Source: Eledone cirrhosa (Eukaryota). From it: a DNA stretch of 64,000 nucleotides. The translations under genes and the position numbers were made by a program. The notes beneath the pieces are model-generated. The model was not told the DNA's origin and made no database searches. It saw only the letters and a list, made by a program, of their open reading frames with translations. The stretch is from assembly GCA_964016885.1 (NCBI GenBank), contig OZ024741.1, positions 374,108,001-374,172,000 of the forward strand, given 5' to 3'. Below, piece by piece: positions 1 to 15,000 of this stretch. Numbering within the stretch: the stretch's first letter is position 1; the number at the start of each line of letters is the position of its first letter.

Positions 1-3000
1 GCCTAGTGACGACTACATGTGACAACTGAGAAGACAGTGAGGATAATGAGGACCTTGCCTAGTGACAACTACATGTGATGACAACTGAGAAGACAGTGAG
101 GACAATGAGGACCTTGCCTAGTGACAACTACATGTGATGACAACTGAGAAGACAGTGAAGACAATGAGGACCTTGCCTAGTGACAACTACATCTGACAAC
201 TGAGAAGACAGTGAAGACAATGAGGACCTTGCCTAGTGACAACTACATGTGACAACTGAGAAGACAGTGAGGACAATGAGGACCTTGCCTAGTGACAACT
301 ACATGTGACAACTGAGAAGACAGTGAGGACAATGAGGACCTTGCCTAGTGACAACTACGTATGAGAACTGAGAAGACAGTGAGGACAATGAGGACCTTGC
401 CTAGTGACATCTACATGTGACAACTGAGAAGACAGTGAAGACAATGAAGACCTTGCCTAGTGACAACTACATGTGACAACTGAGAAGACAGTGAAGACAA
501 TGAGGACCTTGCCTAGTGACAACTACATCTGACAACTGAGAGGACAGTGAGGACAATGAGGACCTTGCCTAGTGACAACTACATGTGACAACTGAGAAGA
601 CAGTGAGGACAATGAGGACCTTGCCTAGTGACAACTACATGTGACAAGTGATAAGACAGTGAGGACAATGAGGACCTTGCCTAGTGACAACTACATGTGA
701 CAAGTGAGAAGACAGTGAGGACAATGAGGACCTTGCCTAGGGACAACTACATGTGACAACTGAGAAGACAGTGAGGACAATGAGGACCTTGCCTAGTGAC
801 AACTACATGTGACAACTGAGAAGACAGTGAAGACAATGAGGACCTTGCCTAGTGACAACTACATGTGACAACTGAGAAGACAGTGAGGACAATGAGGACC
901 TTGCCTAGTGACAACTACATGTGACAAGTGAGAAGACAGTGAGGACAATGAGGACCTTGCCTAGTGACAACTACATGTGACAACTGAGAAGACAGTGAGG
1001 ACAATGAGGACCTTGCCTAGTGACAACTACATGTGACAAGTGAGAAGACAGTGAGGACAATGAGGACCTTGCCTAGTGACAACTACATGTGACAACTGAG
1101 AAGACAGTGAGGACAATGAGGACCTTGCCTAGTGACAACTACATGTGACAACTGAGAAGACAGTGAGGACAATGAGGACCTTGCCTAGTGACAACTACAT
1201 GTGACAACTGAGAAGACAGTGAGGACAATGAGGACCTTGCCTAGTGACGACTACATGTGACAACTGAGAAGACAGTGAGGACAATGAGGACCTTGCCTAG
1301 TGACAACTACATGTGACAAGTGAGAAGACAGTGAGGACAATGAGGACCTTGCCTAGTGACAACTACATGTGACAACTGAGAAGACAGTGAGGACAATGAG
1401 GACCTTGCCTAGTGACAACTACATGTGACAACTGAGAAGACAGTGAGGACAATGAGGACCTTTCCTAGTGACAACTACATGTGACAAGTGAGAAGACAGT
1501 GAGGACAATGAGGACCTTGCCTAGTGACAACTACATGTGACAACTGAGAGGACAGTGAGGACAGTGAGGACCTTGCCTAGTGACAACTACATGTGACAAC
1601 TGAGAGGACAGTGAGGACAATGAGGACCTTGCCTAGTGACAACTACATGTGACAACTGAGAGGACAGTGAGGACAATGAGGACCTTGCCTAGTGACACGT
1701 ACATGTGATGACAACTGAGAAGACAGTGAAGACAATGAGGGCCTTGCCTAGTGACAACTACATGTGACAACTGAGAGGACAGTGAGGACAATGAGGACCT
1801 TGCCTAGTGACAACTACATGTGACAACTGAGAGGACAGTGAGGACAATGAGGACCTTGCCTAGTGACACGTACATGTGATGACAACTGAGAAGACAGTGA
1901 AGACAATGAGGACCTTGCCTAGTGACAACTACATGTGACAACTGAGAGGACAGTGAAGACAATGAGGACCTTGCCTAGTGACAACTAAATGTGACAATTG
2001 AGAAGACAGTGAGGACAATGAGGACCTTGCCTAGTGACAACTACATCTGACAACTGAGAAGACAGTGAGGACAATGAGGACCTTGTCTAGTGACAACTAC
2101 ATGTGACAACTGAAAGGACAGAGGGGACAATGAGGACCTTGCCTAGTGACAACTACATGTGACAACTGAGAAGACAGTGAAGACAATGAGGACCTTGCCT
2201 AGTGACAACTACATGTGACAACTGAGAAGACAGTGAAGACAATGAGGACCTTGCCTAGTGACAACTACATGTGACAACTGAGAAGACAGTGAGGACAATG
2301 AGGACCTTGCCTAGTGACAACTACATGTGACAACTGAGAGGACAGTGAGGACAATGAGGACCTTGCCTAGTGACAACTACATGTGACAAGTGAGAAGACA
2401 GTGAGGACAATGAGGACCTTGCCTAGTGACGACTACATGTGACAACTGAGAAGACAGTGAGGATAATGAGGACCTTGCCTAGTGACAACTACATGTGATG
2501 ACAACTGAGAAGACAGTGAGGACAATGAGGACCTTGCCTAGTGACAACTACATGTGATGACAACTGAGAAGACAGTGAAGACAATGAGGACCTTGCCTAG
2601 TGACAACTACATCTGACAACTGAGAAGACAGTGAAGACAATGAGGACCTTGCCTAGTGACAACTACATGTGACAACTGAGAAGACAGTGAGGACAATGAG
2701 GACCTTGCCTAGTGACAACTACATGTGACAACTGAGAAGACAGTGAGGACAATGAGGACCTTGCCTAGTGACAACTACATCTGACAACTGAGAAGACAGT
2801 GAGGACAATGAGGACCTTGCCTAGTGACATCTACATGTGACAACTGAGAAGACAGTGAAGACAATGAAGACCTTGCCTAGTGACAACTACATGTGACAAC
2901 TGAGAAGACAGTGAAGACAATGAGGACCTTGCCTAGTGACAACTACATCTGACAACTGAGAGGACAGTGAGGACAATGAGGACCTTGCCTAGTGACAACT

Positions 3001-6000
3001 ACATGTGACAACTGAGAAGACAGTGAGGACAATGAGGACCTTGCCTAGTGACAACTACATGTGACAAGTGATAAGACAGTGAGGACAATGAGGACCTTGC
3101 CTAGTGACAACTACATGTGACAAGTGAGAAGACAGTGAGGACAATGAGGACCTTGCCTAGGGACAACTACATGTGACAACTGAGAAGACAGTGAGGACAA
3201 TGAGGACCTTGCCTAGTGACAACTACATGTGACAACTGAGAAGACAGTGAAGACAATGAGGACCTTGCCTAGTGACAACTACATGTGACAACTGAGAAGA
3301 CAGTGAGGACAATGAGGACCTTGCCTAGTGACAACTACATGTGACAAGTGAGAAGACAGTGAGGACAATGAGGACCTTGCCTAGTGACAACTACATGTGA
3401 CAACTGAGAAGACAGTGAGGACAATGAGGACCTTGCCTAGTGACAACTACATGTGACAAGTGAGAAGACAGTGAGGACAATGAGGACCTTGCCTAGTGAC
3501 AACTACATGTGACAACTGAGAAGACAGTGAGGACAATGAGGACCTTGCCTAGTGACAACTACATGTGACAACTGAGAAGACAGTGAGGACAATGAGGACC
3601 TTGCCTAGTGACAACTACATGTGACAACTGAGAAGACAGTGAGGACAATGAGGACCTTGCCTAGTGACGACTACATGTGACAACTGAGAAGACAGTGAGG
3701 ACAATGAGGACCTTGCCTAGTGACAACTACATGTGACAAGTGAGAAGACAGTGAGGACAATGAGGACCTTGCCTAGTGACAACTACATGTGACAACTGAG
3801 AAGACAGTGAGGACAATGAGGACCTTGCCTAGTGACAACTACATGTGACAACTGAGAAGACAGTGAGGACAATGAGGACCTTTCCTAGTGACAACTACAT
3901 GTGACAAGTGAGAAGACAGTGAGGACAATGAGGACCTTGCCTAGTGACAACTACATGTGACAACTGAGAGGACAGTGAGGACAGTGAGGACCTTGCCTAG
4001 TGACAACTACATGTGACAACTGAGAGGACAGTGAGGACAATGAGGACCTTGCCTAGTGACAACTACATGTGACAACTGAGAGGACAGTGAGGACAATGAG
4101 GACCTTGCCTAGTGACACGTACATGTGATGACAACTGAGAAGACAGTGAAGACAATGAGGGCCTTGCCTAGTGACAACTACATGTGACAACTGAGAGGAC
4201 AGTGAGGACAATGAGGACCTTGCCTAGTGACAACTACATGTGACAACTGAGAGGACAGTGAGGACAATGAGGACCTTGCCTAGTGACACGTACATGTGAT
4301 GACAACTGAGAAGACAGTGAAGACAATGAGGACCTTGCCTAGTGACAACTACATGTGACAACTGAGAGGACAGTGAGGACAATGAGGACCTTGCCTAGTG
4401 ACACGTACATGTGATGACAACTGAGAAGACAGTGAAGACAATGAGGACCTTGCCTAGTGACAACTACATGTGACAACTGAGAAGACAGTGAAGACAATGA
4501 GGACCTTGCCTAGTGACAACTACATGTGACAACTGAGAGGACAGTGAGGACAATGAGGACCTTGCCTAGTGACAACTACATGTGACAACTGAGAAGACAG
4601 TGAGGACAATGAGGACCTTGCCTAGTGACGACTACATGTGACAACTGAGAAGACAGTGAGGATAATGAGGACCTTGCCTAGTGACAACTACATGTGATGA
4701 CAACTGAGAAGACAGTGAGGACAATGAGGACCTTGCCTAGTGACAACTACATGTGATGACAACTGAGAAGACAGTGAAGACAATGAGGACCTTGCCCTAG
4801 TGACAACTACATCTGACAACTGAGAAGACAGTGAAGACAATGAGGACCTTGCCTAGTGACAACTACATGTGACAACTGAGAAGACAGTGAGGACAATGAG
4901 GACCTTGCCTAGTGACAACTACATGTGACAACTGAGAAGACAGTGAGGACAATGAGGACCTTGCCTAGTGACAACTACATCTGACAACTGAGAAGACAGT
5001 GAGGACAATGAGGACCTTGCCTAGTGACATCTACATGTGACAACTGAGAAGACAGTGAAGACAATGAAGACCTTGCCTAGTGACAACTACATGTGACAAC
5101 TGAGAAGACAGTGAAGACAATGAGGACCTTGCCTAGTGACAACTACATCTGACAACTGAGAGGACAGTGAGGACAATGAGGACCTTGCCTAGTGACAACT
5201 ACATGTGACAACTGAGAAGACAGTGAGGACAATGAGGACCTTGCCTAGTGACAACTACATGTGACAAGTGATAAGACAGTGAGGACAATGAGGACCTTGC
5301 CTAGTGACAACTACATGTGACAAGTGAGAAGACAGTGAGGACAATGAGGACCTTGCCTAGGGACAACTACATGTGACAACTGAGAAGACAGTGAGGACAA
5401 TGAGGACCTTGCCTAGTGACAACTACATGTGACAACTGAGAAGACAGTGAAGACAATGAGGACCTTGCCTAGTGACAACTACATGTGACAACTGAGAAGA
5501 GAGTGAGGACAATGAGGACCTTGCCTAGTGACAACTACATGTGACAAGTGAGAAGACAGTGAGGACAATGAGGACCTTGCCTAGTGACAACTACATGTGA
5601 CAACTGAGAAGACAGTGAGGACAATGAGGACCTTGCCTAGTGACAACTACATGTGACAAGTGAGAAGACAGTGAGGACAATGAGGACCTTGCCTAGTGAC
5701 AACTACATGTGACAACTGAGAAGACAGTGAGGACAATGAGGACCTTGCCTAGTGACAACTACATGTGACAACTGAGAAGACAGTGAGGACAATGAGGACC
5801 TTGCCTAGTGACAACTACATGTGACAAGTGAGAAGACAGTGAGGACAATGAGGACCTTGCCTAGTGACAACTACATGTGACAACTGAGAGGACAGTGAGG
5901 ACAGTGAGGACCTTGCCTAGTGACAACTACATGTGACAACTGAGAGGACAGTGAGGACAATGAGGACCTTGCCTAGTGACAACTACATGTGACAACTGAG

Positions 6001-9000
6001 AGGACAGTGAGGACAATGAGGACCTTGCCTAGTGACACGTACATGTGATGACAACTGAGAAGACAGTGAAGACAATGAGGGCCTTGCCTAGTGACAACTA
6101 CATGTGACAACTGAGAGGACAGTGAGGACAATGAGGACCTTGCCTAGTGACAACTACATGTGACAACTGAGAGGACAGTGAGGACAATGAGGACAATGAG
6201 GACCTTGCCTAGTGACAACTACATGTGATGACAACTGAGAAGACAGTGAAGACAATGAGGACCTTGCCTAGTGACAACTACATGTGACAACTGAGAAGAC
6301 AGTGAAGACAATGAGGACCTTGCCTAGTGACAACTACATGTGACAACTGAGAAGACAGTGAGGACAATGAGGACCTTGCCTAGTGACAACTACATGTGAC
6401 AACTGAGAGGACAGTGAGGACAATGAGGACCTTGCCTAGTGACAACTACATGTGACAACTGAGAGGACAGTGAGGACAATGAGGACCTTGCCTAGTGACA
6501 ACTACATGTGACAACTGAGAAGACAGTGAGGACAATGAGGTCCTTTCCTAGTGACAACTACATGTGACAACTGAGAAGACAGTGAGGACAATGAGGACCT
6601 TGCCTAGTGACAACTACATGTGACAACTGAGAGGACAGTGAGGACAATGAGAACCTTGCCTAGTGACAACTACATGTGACAATTGAAAAGACAGTGAGGA
6701 CAATGAGAACCTTGCCTAGTGACAACTACATGTGACAACTGAGAGGACAGTGGGGACAATGAGGACCTTGCCTAGTGACAACTACATGTGACAAGTGAGA
6801 AGACAGTGAGGACAATGAGGACCTTGCCTAGTGACAACTACATGTGACAACTGAGAAGACAGTGAGGAGAATGAGGACCTTGCCTAGTGACAACTACATG
6901 TGACAACTGAGAAGACAGTGAGGACAATGAGGACCTTGCCTAGTGACAAATACATGTGACAACTGAGAAGACAGTGAAGACAATGAGGACCTTGCCTAGT
7001 GACAACTACATGTGACAACTGAGAAGACAGTGAGGACAATGAGGACCTTGCCTAGTGACAACTACATGTGACAACTGAGAGGACAGTGAGGACAATGAGG
7101 ACCTTGCCTAGTGACAACTACATGTGACAACTACATGTGACAACTGAGAAGACAGTGAGGACAATGAGGACCTTGCCTAGTGACAACTACATGAGACAAT
7201 TGAGAAGACAGTGAGGACAATGAGGACCTTGCCTAGTAACAACTACATGTGACAACTATATGTGACAACTGAGAAGACAGTGAAGACAATGAGGACCTTG
7301 CCTAGTGACAACTACATGTGACAACTACATGTGACAACTGAGAAGACAGTGAGGACAATGAGGACCTTGCCTAGTGACAACTACATGTGACAATTGAGAA
7401 GACAGTGAGGACAATGAGGACCTTGCCTAGTGACAACTACATGTGACAACTGAGAAGACAGTGAGGACAATGAGGACCTTGCCTAGTGACAACTACATGT
7501 GACAATTGAGAAGACAGTGAGGAGAATGAGGACCTTGCCTAGTGACAACTACATGTGACAACTGAGAAGACAGTGAGGACAATGAGGACCTTGCCTAGTG
7601 ACAACTACATGTGACAACTGAGAAGACAGTGAAGACAATGAGGACCTTGCCTAGTGACAACTACATGTGACAACTGAGAGGACAGAGGGGACAATGAGGA
7701 CCTTGCCTAGTGACAACTACATGTGACAACTGAGAAGACAGTGAAGACAATGAGGACCTTGCCTAGTGACAACTACATGTGACAACTGAGAGGACAGTGA
7801 GGACAATGAGGACCTTGCCTAGTGACAACTACATGTGACAACTGAGAAGACAGTGAGGACAATGAGGACCTTGCCTAGTGACGACTACATGTGAAAACTG
7901 AGAAGACAGTGAGGATAATGAGGACCTTGCCTAGTGACAACTACATGTGACAACTGAGAGGACAGTGAGGACAATGAGGACCTTGCCTAGTGACAACTAC
8001 ATGTGACAACTGAGAGGACAGTGAGGACAATGAGGACCTTGCCTAGTGACACGTACATGTGATGACAACTGAGAAGACAGTGAAGACAATGAGGGCCTTG
8101 CCTAGTGACAACTACATGTGACAACTGAGAGGACAGTGAGGACAATGAGGACCTTGCCTAGTGACAACTACATGTGACAACTGAGAGGACAGTGAGGACA
8201 ATGAGGACCTTGCCTAGTGACACGTACATGTGATGACAACTGAGAAGACAGTGAAGACAATGAGGACCTTGCCTAGTGACAACTACATGTGACAACTGAG
8301 AGGACAGTGAGGACAATGAGGACCTTGCCTAGTGACACGTACATGTGATGACAACTGAGAAGACAGTGAAGACAATGAGGACCTTGCCTAGTGACAACTA
8401 CATGTGACAACTGAGAAGACAGTGAAGACAATGAGGACCTTGCCTAGTGACAACTACATGTGACAACTGAGAGGACAGTGAGGACAATGAGGACCTTGCC
8501 TAGTGACAACTACATGTGACAACTGAGAAGACAGTGAGGACAATGAGGACCTTGCCTAGTGACGACTACATGTGACAACTGAGAAGACAGTGAGGATAAT
8601 GAGGACCTTGCCTAGTGACAACTACATGTGATGACAACTGAGAAGACAGTGAGGACAATGAGGACCTTGCCTAGTGACAACTACATGTGATGACAACTGA
8701 GAAGACAGTGAAGACAATGAGGACCTTGCCCTAGTGACAACTACATCTGACAACTGAGAAGACAGTGAAGACAATGAGGACCTTGCCTAGTGACAACTAC
8801 ATGTGACAACTGAGAAGACAGTGAGGACAATGAGGACCTTGCCTAGTGACAACTACATGTGACAACTGAGAAGACAGTGAGGACAATGAGGACCTTGCCT
8901 AGTGACAACTACATCTGACAACTGAGAAGACAGTGAGGACAATGAGGACCTTGCCTAGTGACATCTACATGTGACAACTGAGAAGACAGTGAAGACAATG

Positions 9001-12000
9001 AAGACCTTGCCTAGTGACAACTACATGTGACAACTGAGAAGACAGTGAAGACAATGAGGACCTTGCCTAGTGACAACTACATCTGACAACTGAGAGGACA
9101 GTGAGGACAATGAGGACCTTGCCTAGTGACAACTACATGTGACAACTGAGAAGACAGTGAGGACAATGAGGACCTTGCCTAGTGACAACTACATGTGACA
9201 AGTGATAAGACAGTGAGGACAATGAGGACCTTGCCTAGTGACAACTACATGTGACAAGTGAGAAGACAGTGAGGACAATGAGGACCTTGCCTAGGGACAA
9301 CTACATGTGACAACTGAGAAGACAGTGAGGACAATGAGGACCTTGCCTAGTGACAACTACATGTGACAACTGAGAAGACAGTGAAGACAATGAGGACCTT
9401 GCCTAGTGACAACTACATGTGACAACTGAGAAGAGAGTGAGGACAATGAGGACCTTGCCTAGTGACAACTACATGTGACAAGTGAGAAGACAGTGAGGAC
9501 AATGAGGACCTTGCCTAGTGACAACTACATGTGACAAGTGAGAAGACAGTGAGGACAATGAGGACCTTGCCTAGTGACAACTACATGTGACAACTGAGAA
9601 GACAGTGAGGACAATGAGGACCTTGCCTAGTGACAACTACATGTGACAACTGAGAAGACAGTGAGGACAATGAGGACCTTGCCTAGTGACAACTACATGT
9701 GACAAGTGAGAAGACAGTGGGGACAATGAGGACCTTGCCTAGTGACAACTACATGTGACAACTGAGAGGACAGTGAGGACAGTGAGGACCTTGCCTAGTG
9801 ACAACTACATGTGACAACTGAGAGGACAGTGAGGACAATGAGGACCTTGCCTAGTGACAACTACATGTGACAACTGAGAGGACAGTGAGGACAATGAGGA
9901 CCTTGCCTAGTGACACGTACATGTGATGACAACTGAGAAGACAGTGAAGACAATGAGGGCCTTGCCTAGTGACAACTACATGTGACAACTGAGAGGACAG
10001 TGAGGACAATGAGGACCTTGCCTAGTGACAACTACATGTGACAACTGAGAGGACAGTGAGGACAATGAGGACAATGAGGACCTTGCCTAGTGACAACTAC
10101 ATGTGATGACAACTGAGAAGACAGTGAAGACAATGAGGACCTTGCCTAGTGACAACTACATGTGACAACTGAGAAGACAGTGAAGACAATGAGGACCTTG
10201 CCTAGTGACAACTACATGTGACAACTGAGAAGACAGTGAGGACAATGAGGACCTTGCCTAGTGACAACTACATGTGACAACTGAGAGGACAGTGAGGACA
10301 ATGAGGACCTTGCCTAGTGACAACTACATGTGACAACTGAGAGGACAGTGAGGACAATGAGGACCTTGCCTAGTGAAAACTACATGTGACAACTGAGAAG
10401 ACAGTGAGGACAATGAGGTCCTTTCCTAGTGACAACTACATGTGACAACTGAGAAGACAGTGAGGACAATGAGGACCTTGCCTAGTGACAACTACATGTG
10501 ACAACTGAGAGGACAGTGAGGACAATGAGAACCTTGCCTAGTGACAACTACATGTGACAATTGAAAAGACAGTGAGGACAATGAGAACCTTGCCTAGTGA
10601 CAACTACATGTGACAACTGAGAGGACAGTGGGGACAATGAGGACCTTGCCTAGTGACAACTACATGTGACAAGTGAGAAGACAGTGAGGACAATGAGGAC
10701 CTTGCCTAGTGACAACTACATGTGACAACTGAGAAGACAGTGAGGAGAATGAGGACCTTGCCTAGTGACAACTACATGTGACAACTGAGAAGACAGTGAG
10801 GACAATGAGGACCTTGCCTAGTGACAAATACATGTGACAACTGAGAAGACAGTGAAGACAATGAGGACCTTGCCTAGTGACAACTACATGTGACAACTGA
10901 GAAGACAGTGAGGACAATGAGGACCTTGCCTAGTGACAACTACATGTGACAACTGAGAGGACAGTGAGGACAATGAGGACCTTGCCTAGTGACAACTACA
11001 TGTGACAACTACATGTGACAACTGAGAAGACAGTGAGGACAATGAGGACCTTGCCTAGTGACAACTACATGAGACAATTGAGAAGACAGTGAGGACAATG
11101 AGGACCTTGCCTAGTAACAACTACATGTGACAACTATATGTGACAACTGAGAAGACAGTGAAGACAATGAGGACCTTGCCTAGTGACAACTACATGTGAC
11201 AACTACATGTGACAACTGAGAAGACAGTGAGGACAATGAGGACCTTGCCTAGTGACAACTACATGTGACAATTGAGAAGACAGTGAGGACAATGAGGACC
11301 TTGCCTAGTGACAACTACATGTGACAACTGAGAAGACAGTGAGGACAATGAGGACCTTGCCTAGTGACAACTACATGTGACAATTGAGAAGACAGTGAGG
11401 AGAATGAGGACCTTGCCTAGTGACAACTACATGTGACAACTGAGAAGACAGTGAGGACAATGAGGACCTTGCCTAGTGACAACTACATGTGACAACTGAG
11501 AAGACAGTGAAGACAATGAGGACCTTGCCTAGTGACAACTACATGTGACAACTGAGAGGACAGAGGGGACAATGAGGACCTTGCCTAGTGACAACTACAT
11601 GTGACAACTGAGAAGACAGTGAAGACAATGAGGACCTTGCCTAGTGACAACTACATGTGACAACTGAGAAGACAGTGAAGACAATGAGGACCTTGCCTAG
11701 TGACAACTACATGTGACAACTGAGAAGACAGTGAGGACAATGAGGACCTTGCCTAGTGACAACTACATGTGACAACTGAGAGGACAGTGAGGACAATGAG
11801 GACCTTGCCTAGTGACAACTACATGTGACAACTGAGAAGACAGTGAGGACAATGAGGACCTTGCCTAGTGACGACTACATGTGACAACTGAGAAGACAGT
11901 GAGGATAATGAGGACCTTGCCTAGTGACAACTACATGTGATGACAACTGAGAAGACAGTGAGGACAATGAGGACCTTGCCTAGTGACAACTACATGTGAT

Positions 12001-15000
12001 GACAACTGAGAAGACAGTGAAGACAATGAGGACCTTGCCTAGTGACAACTACATCTGACAACTGAGAAGACAGTGAAGACAATGAGGACCTTGCCTAGTG
12101 ACAACTACATGTGACAACTGAGAAGACAGTGAGGACAATGAGGACCTTGCCTAGTGACAACTACATGTGACAACTGAGAAGACAGTGAGGACAATGAGGA
12201 CCTTGCCTAGTGACAACTACATCTGACAACTGAGAAGACAGTGAGGACAATGAGGACCTTGCCTAGTGACATCTACATGTGACAACTGAGAAGACAGTGA
12301 AGACAATGAAGACCTTGCGTAGTGACAACTACATCTGACAACTGAGAGGACAGTGAGGACAATGAGGACCTTGCCTAGTGACAACTACATGTGACAACTG
12401 AGAAGACAGTGAGGACAATGAGGACCTTGCCTAGTGACAACTACATGTGACAAGTGATAAGACAGTGAGGACAATGAGGACCTTGCCTAGTGACAACTAC
12501 ATGTGACAAGTGAGAAGACAGTGAGGACAATGAGGACCTTGCCTAGGGACAACTACATGTGACAACTGAGAAGACAGTGAGGACAATGAGGACCTTGCCT
12601 AGTGACAACTACATGTGACAACTGAGAAGACAGTGAAGACAATGAGGACCTTGCCTAGTGACAACTACATGTGACAACTGAGAAGACAGTGAGGACAATG
12701 AGGACCTTGCCTAGTGACAACTACATGTGACAAGTGAGAAGACAGTGAGGACAATGAGGACCTTGCCTAGTGACAACTACATGTGACAACTGAGAAGACA
12801 GTGAGGACAATGAGGACCTTGCCTAGTGACAACTACATGTGACAAGTGAGAAGACAGTGAGGACAATGAGGACCTTGCCTAGTGACAACTAGATGTTACA
12901 ACTGAGAAGACAGTGAGGACAATGAGGACCTTGCCTAGTGACAACTACATGTGACAACTGAGAAGACAGTGAGGACAATGAGGACCTTGCCTAGTGACAA
13001 CTACATGTGACAACTGAGAAGACAGTGAGGACAATGAGGACCTTGCCTAGTGACGACTACATGTGACAACTGAGAAGACAGTGAGGACAATGAGGACCTT
13101 GCCTAGTGACAACTACATGTGACAAGTGAGAAGACAGTGAGGACAATGAGGACCTTGCCTAGTGACAACTACATGTGACAACTGAGAAGACAGTGAGGAC
13201 AATGAGGACCTTGCCTAGTGACAACTACATGTGACAACTGAGAAGACAGTGAGGACAATGAGGACCTTGCCTAGTGACAACTACATGTGACAACTGAGAG
13301 GACAGTGAGGACAGTGAGGACAGTGAGGACCTTGCCTAGTGACAACTACATGTGACAACTGAGAGGACAGTGAGGACAATAAGGACCTTGCCTAGTGACA
13401 ACTACATGTGACAACTGAGAGGACAGTGAGGACAATGAGGACCTTGCCTAGTGACACGTACATGTGATGACAACTGAGAAGACAGTGAAGACAATGAGGG
13501 CCTTGCCTAGTGACAACTACATGTGACAACTGAGAGGACAGTGAGGACAATGAGGACCTTGCCTAGTGACAACTACATGTGACAACTGAGAGGACAGTGA
13601 GGACAATGAGGACCTTGCCTAGTGACAACTACATGTGACAAGTGAGAAGACAGTGAGGACAATGAGGACCTTGCCTAGTGACAACTACATGTGACAAGTG
13701 AGAAGACAGTGAGGACAATGAGGACCTTGCCTAGGGACAACTACATGTGACAACTGAGAAGACAGTGAGGACAATGAGGACCTTGCCTAGTGACAACTAC
13801 ATGTGACAACTGAGAAGACAGTGAAGACAATGAGGACCTTGCCTAGTGACAACTACATGTGACAACTGAGAAGACAGTGAGGACAATGAGGACCTTGCCT
13901 AGTGAAAACTACATGTGACAAGTGAGAAGACAGTGAGGATAATGAGGACCTTGCCTAGTGACAACTACATGTGACAACTGAGAAGACAGTGAGGAAAATG
14001 AGGACCTTGCCTAGTGACAACTACATGTGACAAGTGAGAAGACAGTGAGGACAATGAGGACCTTGCCTAGTGACAACTACATGTGACAACTGAGAAGACA
14101 GTGAGGACAATGAGGACCTTGCCTAGTGACAACTACATGTGACAACTGAGAAGACAGTGAGGACAATGAGGACCTTGCCTAGTGACAACTACATCTGACA
14201 ACTGAGAAGACAGTGAAGACAATGAGGACCTTGCCTAGTGACAACTACATGTGACAACTGAGAAGACAGTGAGGACAATGAGGACCTTGCCTAGTGACAA
14301 CTACATGTGACAAGTGAGAAGACAGTGAGGACAATGAGGACCTTGCCTAGTGACAACTACATGTGACAACTGAGAAGACAGTGAGGACAATGAGGACCTT
14401 GCCTAGTGACAACTACATGTGACAAGTGAGAAGACAGTGAGGACAATGAGGACCTTGCCTAGTGACAACTACATGTGACAACTGAGAAGACAGTGAGGAC
14501 AATGAGGACCTTGCCTAGTGACAACTACATGTGACAACTGAGAGGACAATGAGGACAATGAGGACCTTGCCTAGTGACAACTACATGTGACAAGTGAGAA
14601 GACAGTGAGGACAATGAGGACCTTGCCTAGTGACAACTACATGTGACAACTGAGAGGACAGTGAGGACAGTGAGGACCTTGCCTAGTGACAACTACATGT
14701 GACAACTGAGAGGACAGTGAGGACAATGAGGACCTTGCCTAGTGACAACTACATGTGACAACTGAGAGGACAGTGAGGACAATGAGGACCTTGCCTAGTG
14801 ACACGTACATGTGATGACAACTGAGAAGACAGTGAAGACAATGAGGGCCTTGCCTAGTGACAACTACATGTGACAACTGAGAGGACAGTGAGGACAATGA
14901 GGACCTTGCCTAGTGACAACTACATGTGACAACTGAGAGGACAGTGAGGACAATGAGGACAATGAGGACCTTGCCTAGTGACAACTACATGTGATGACAA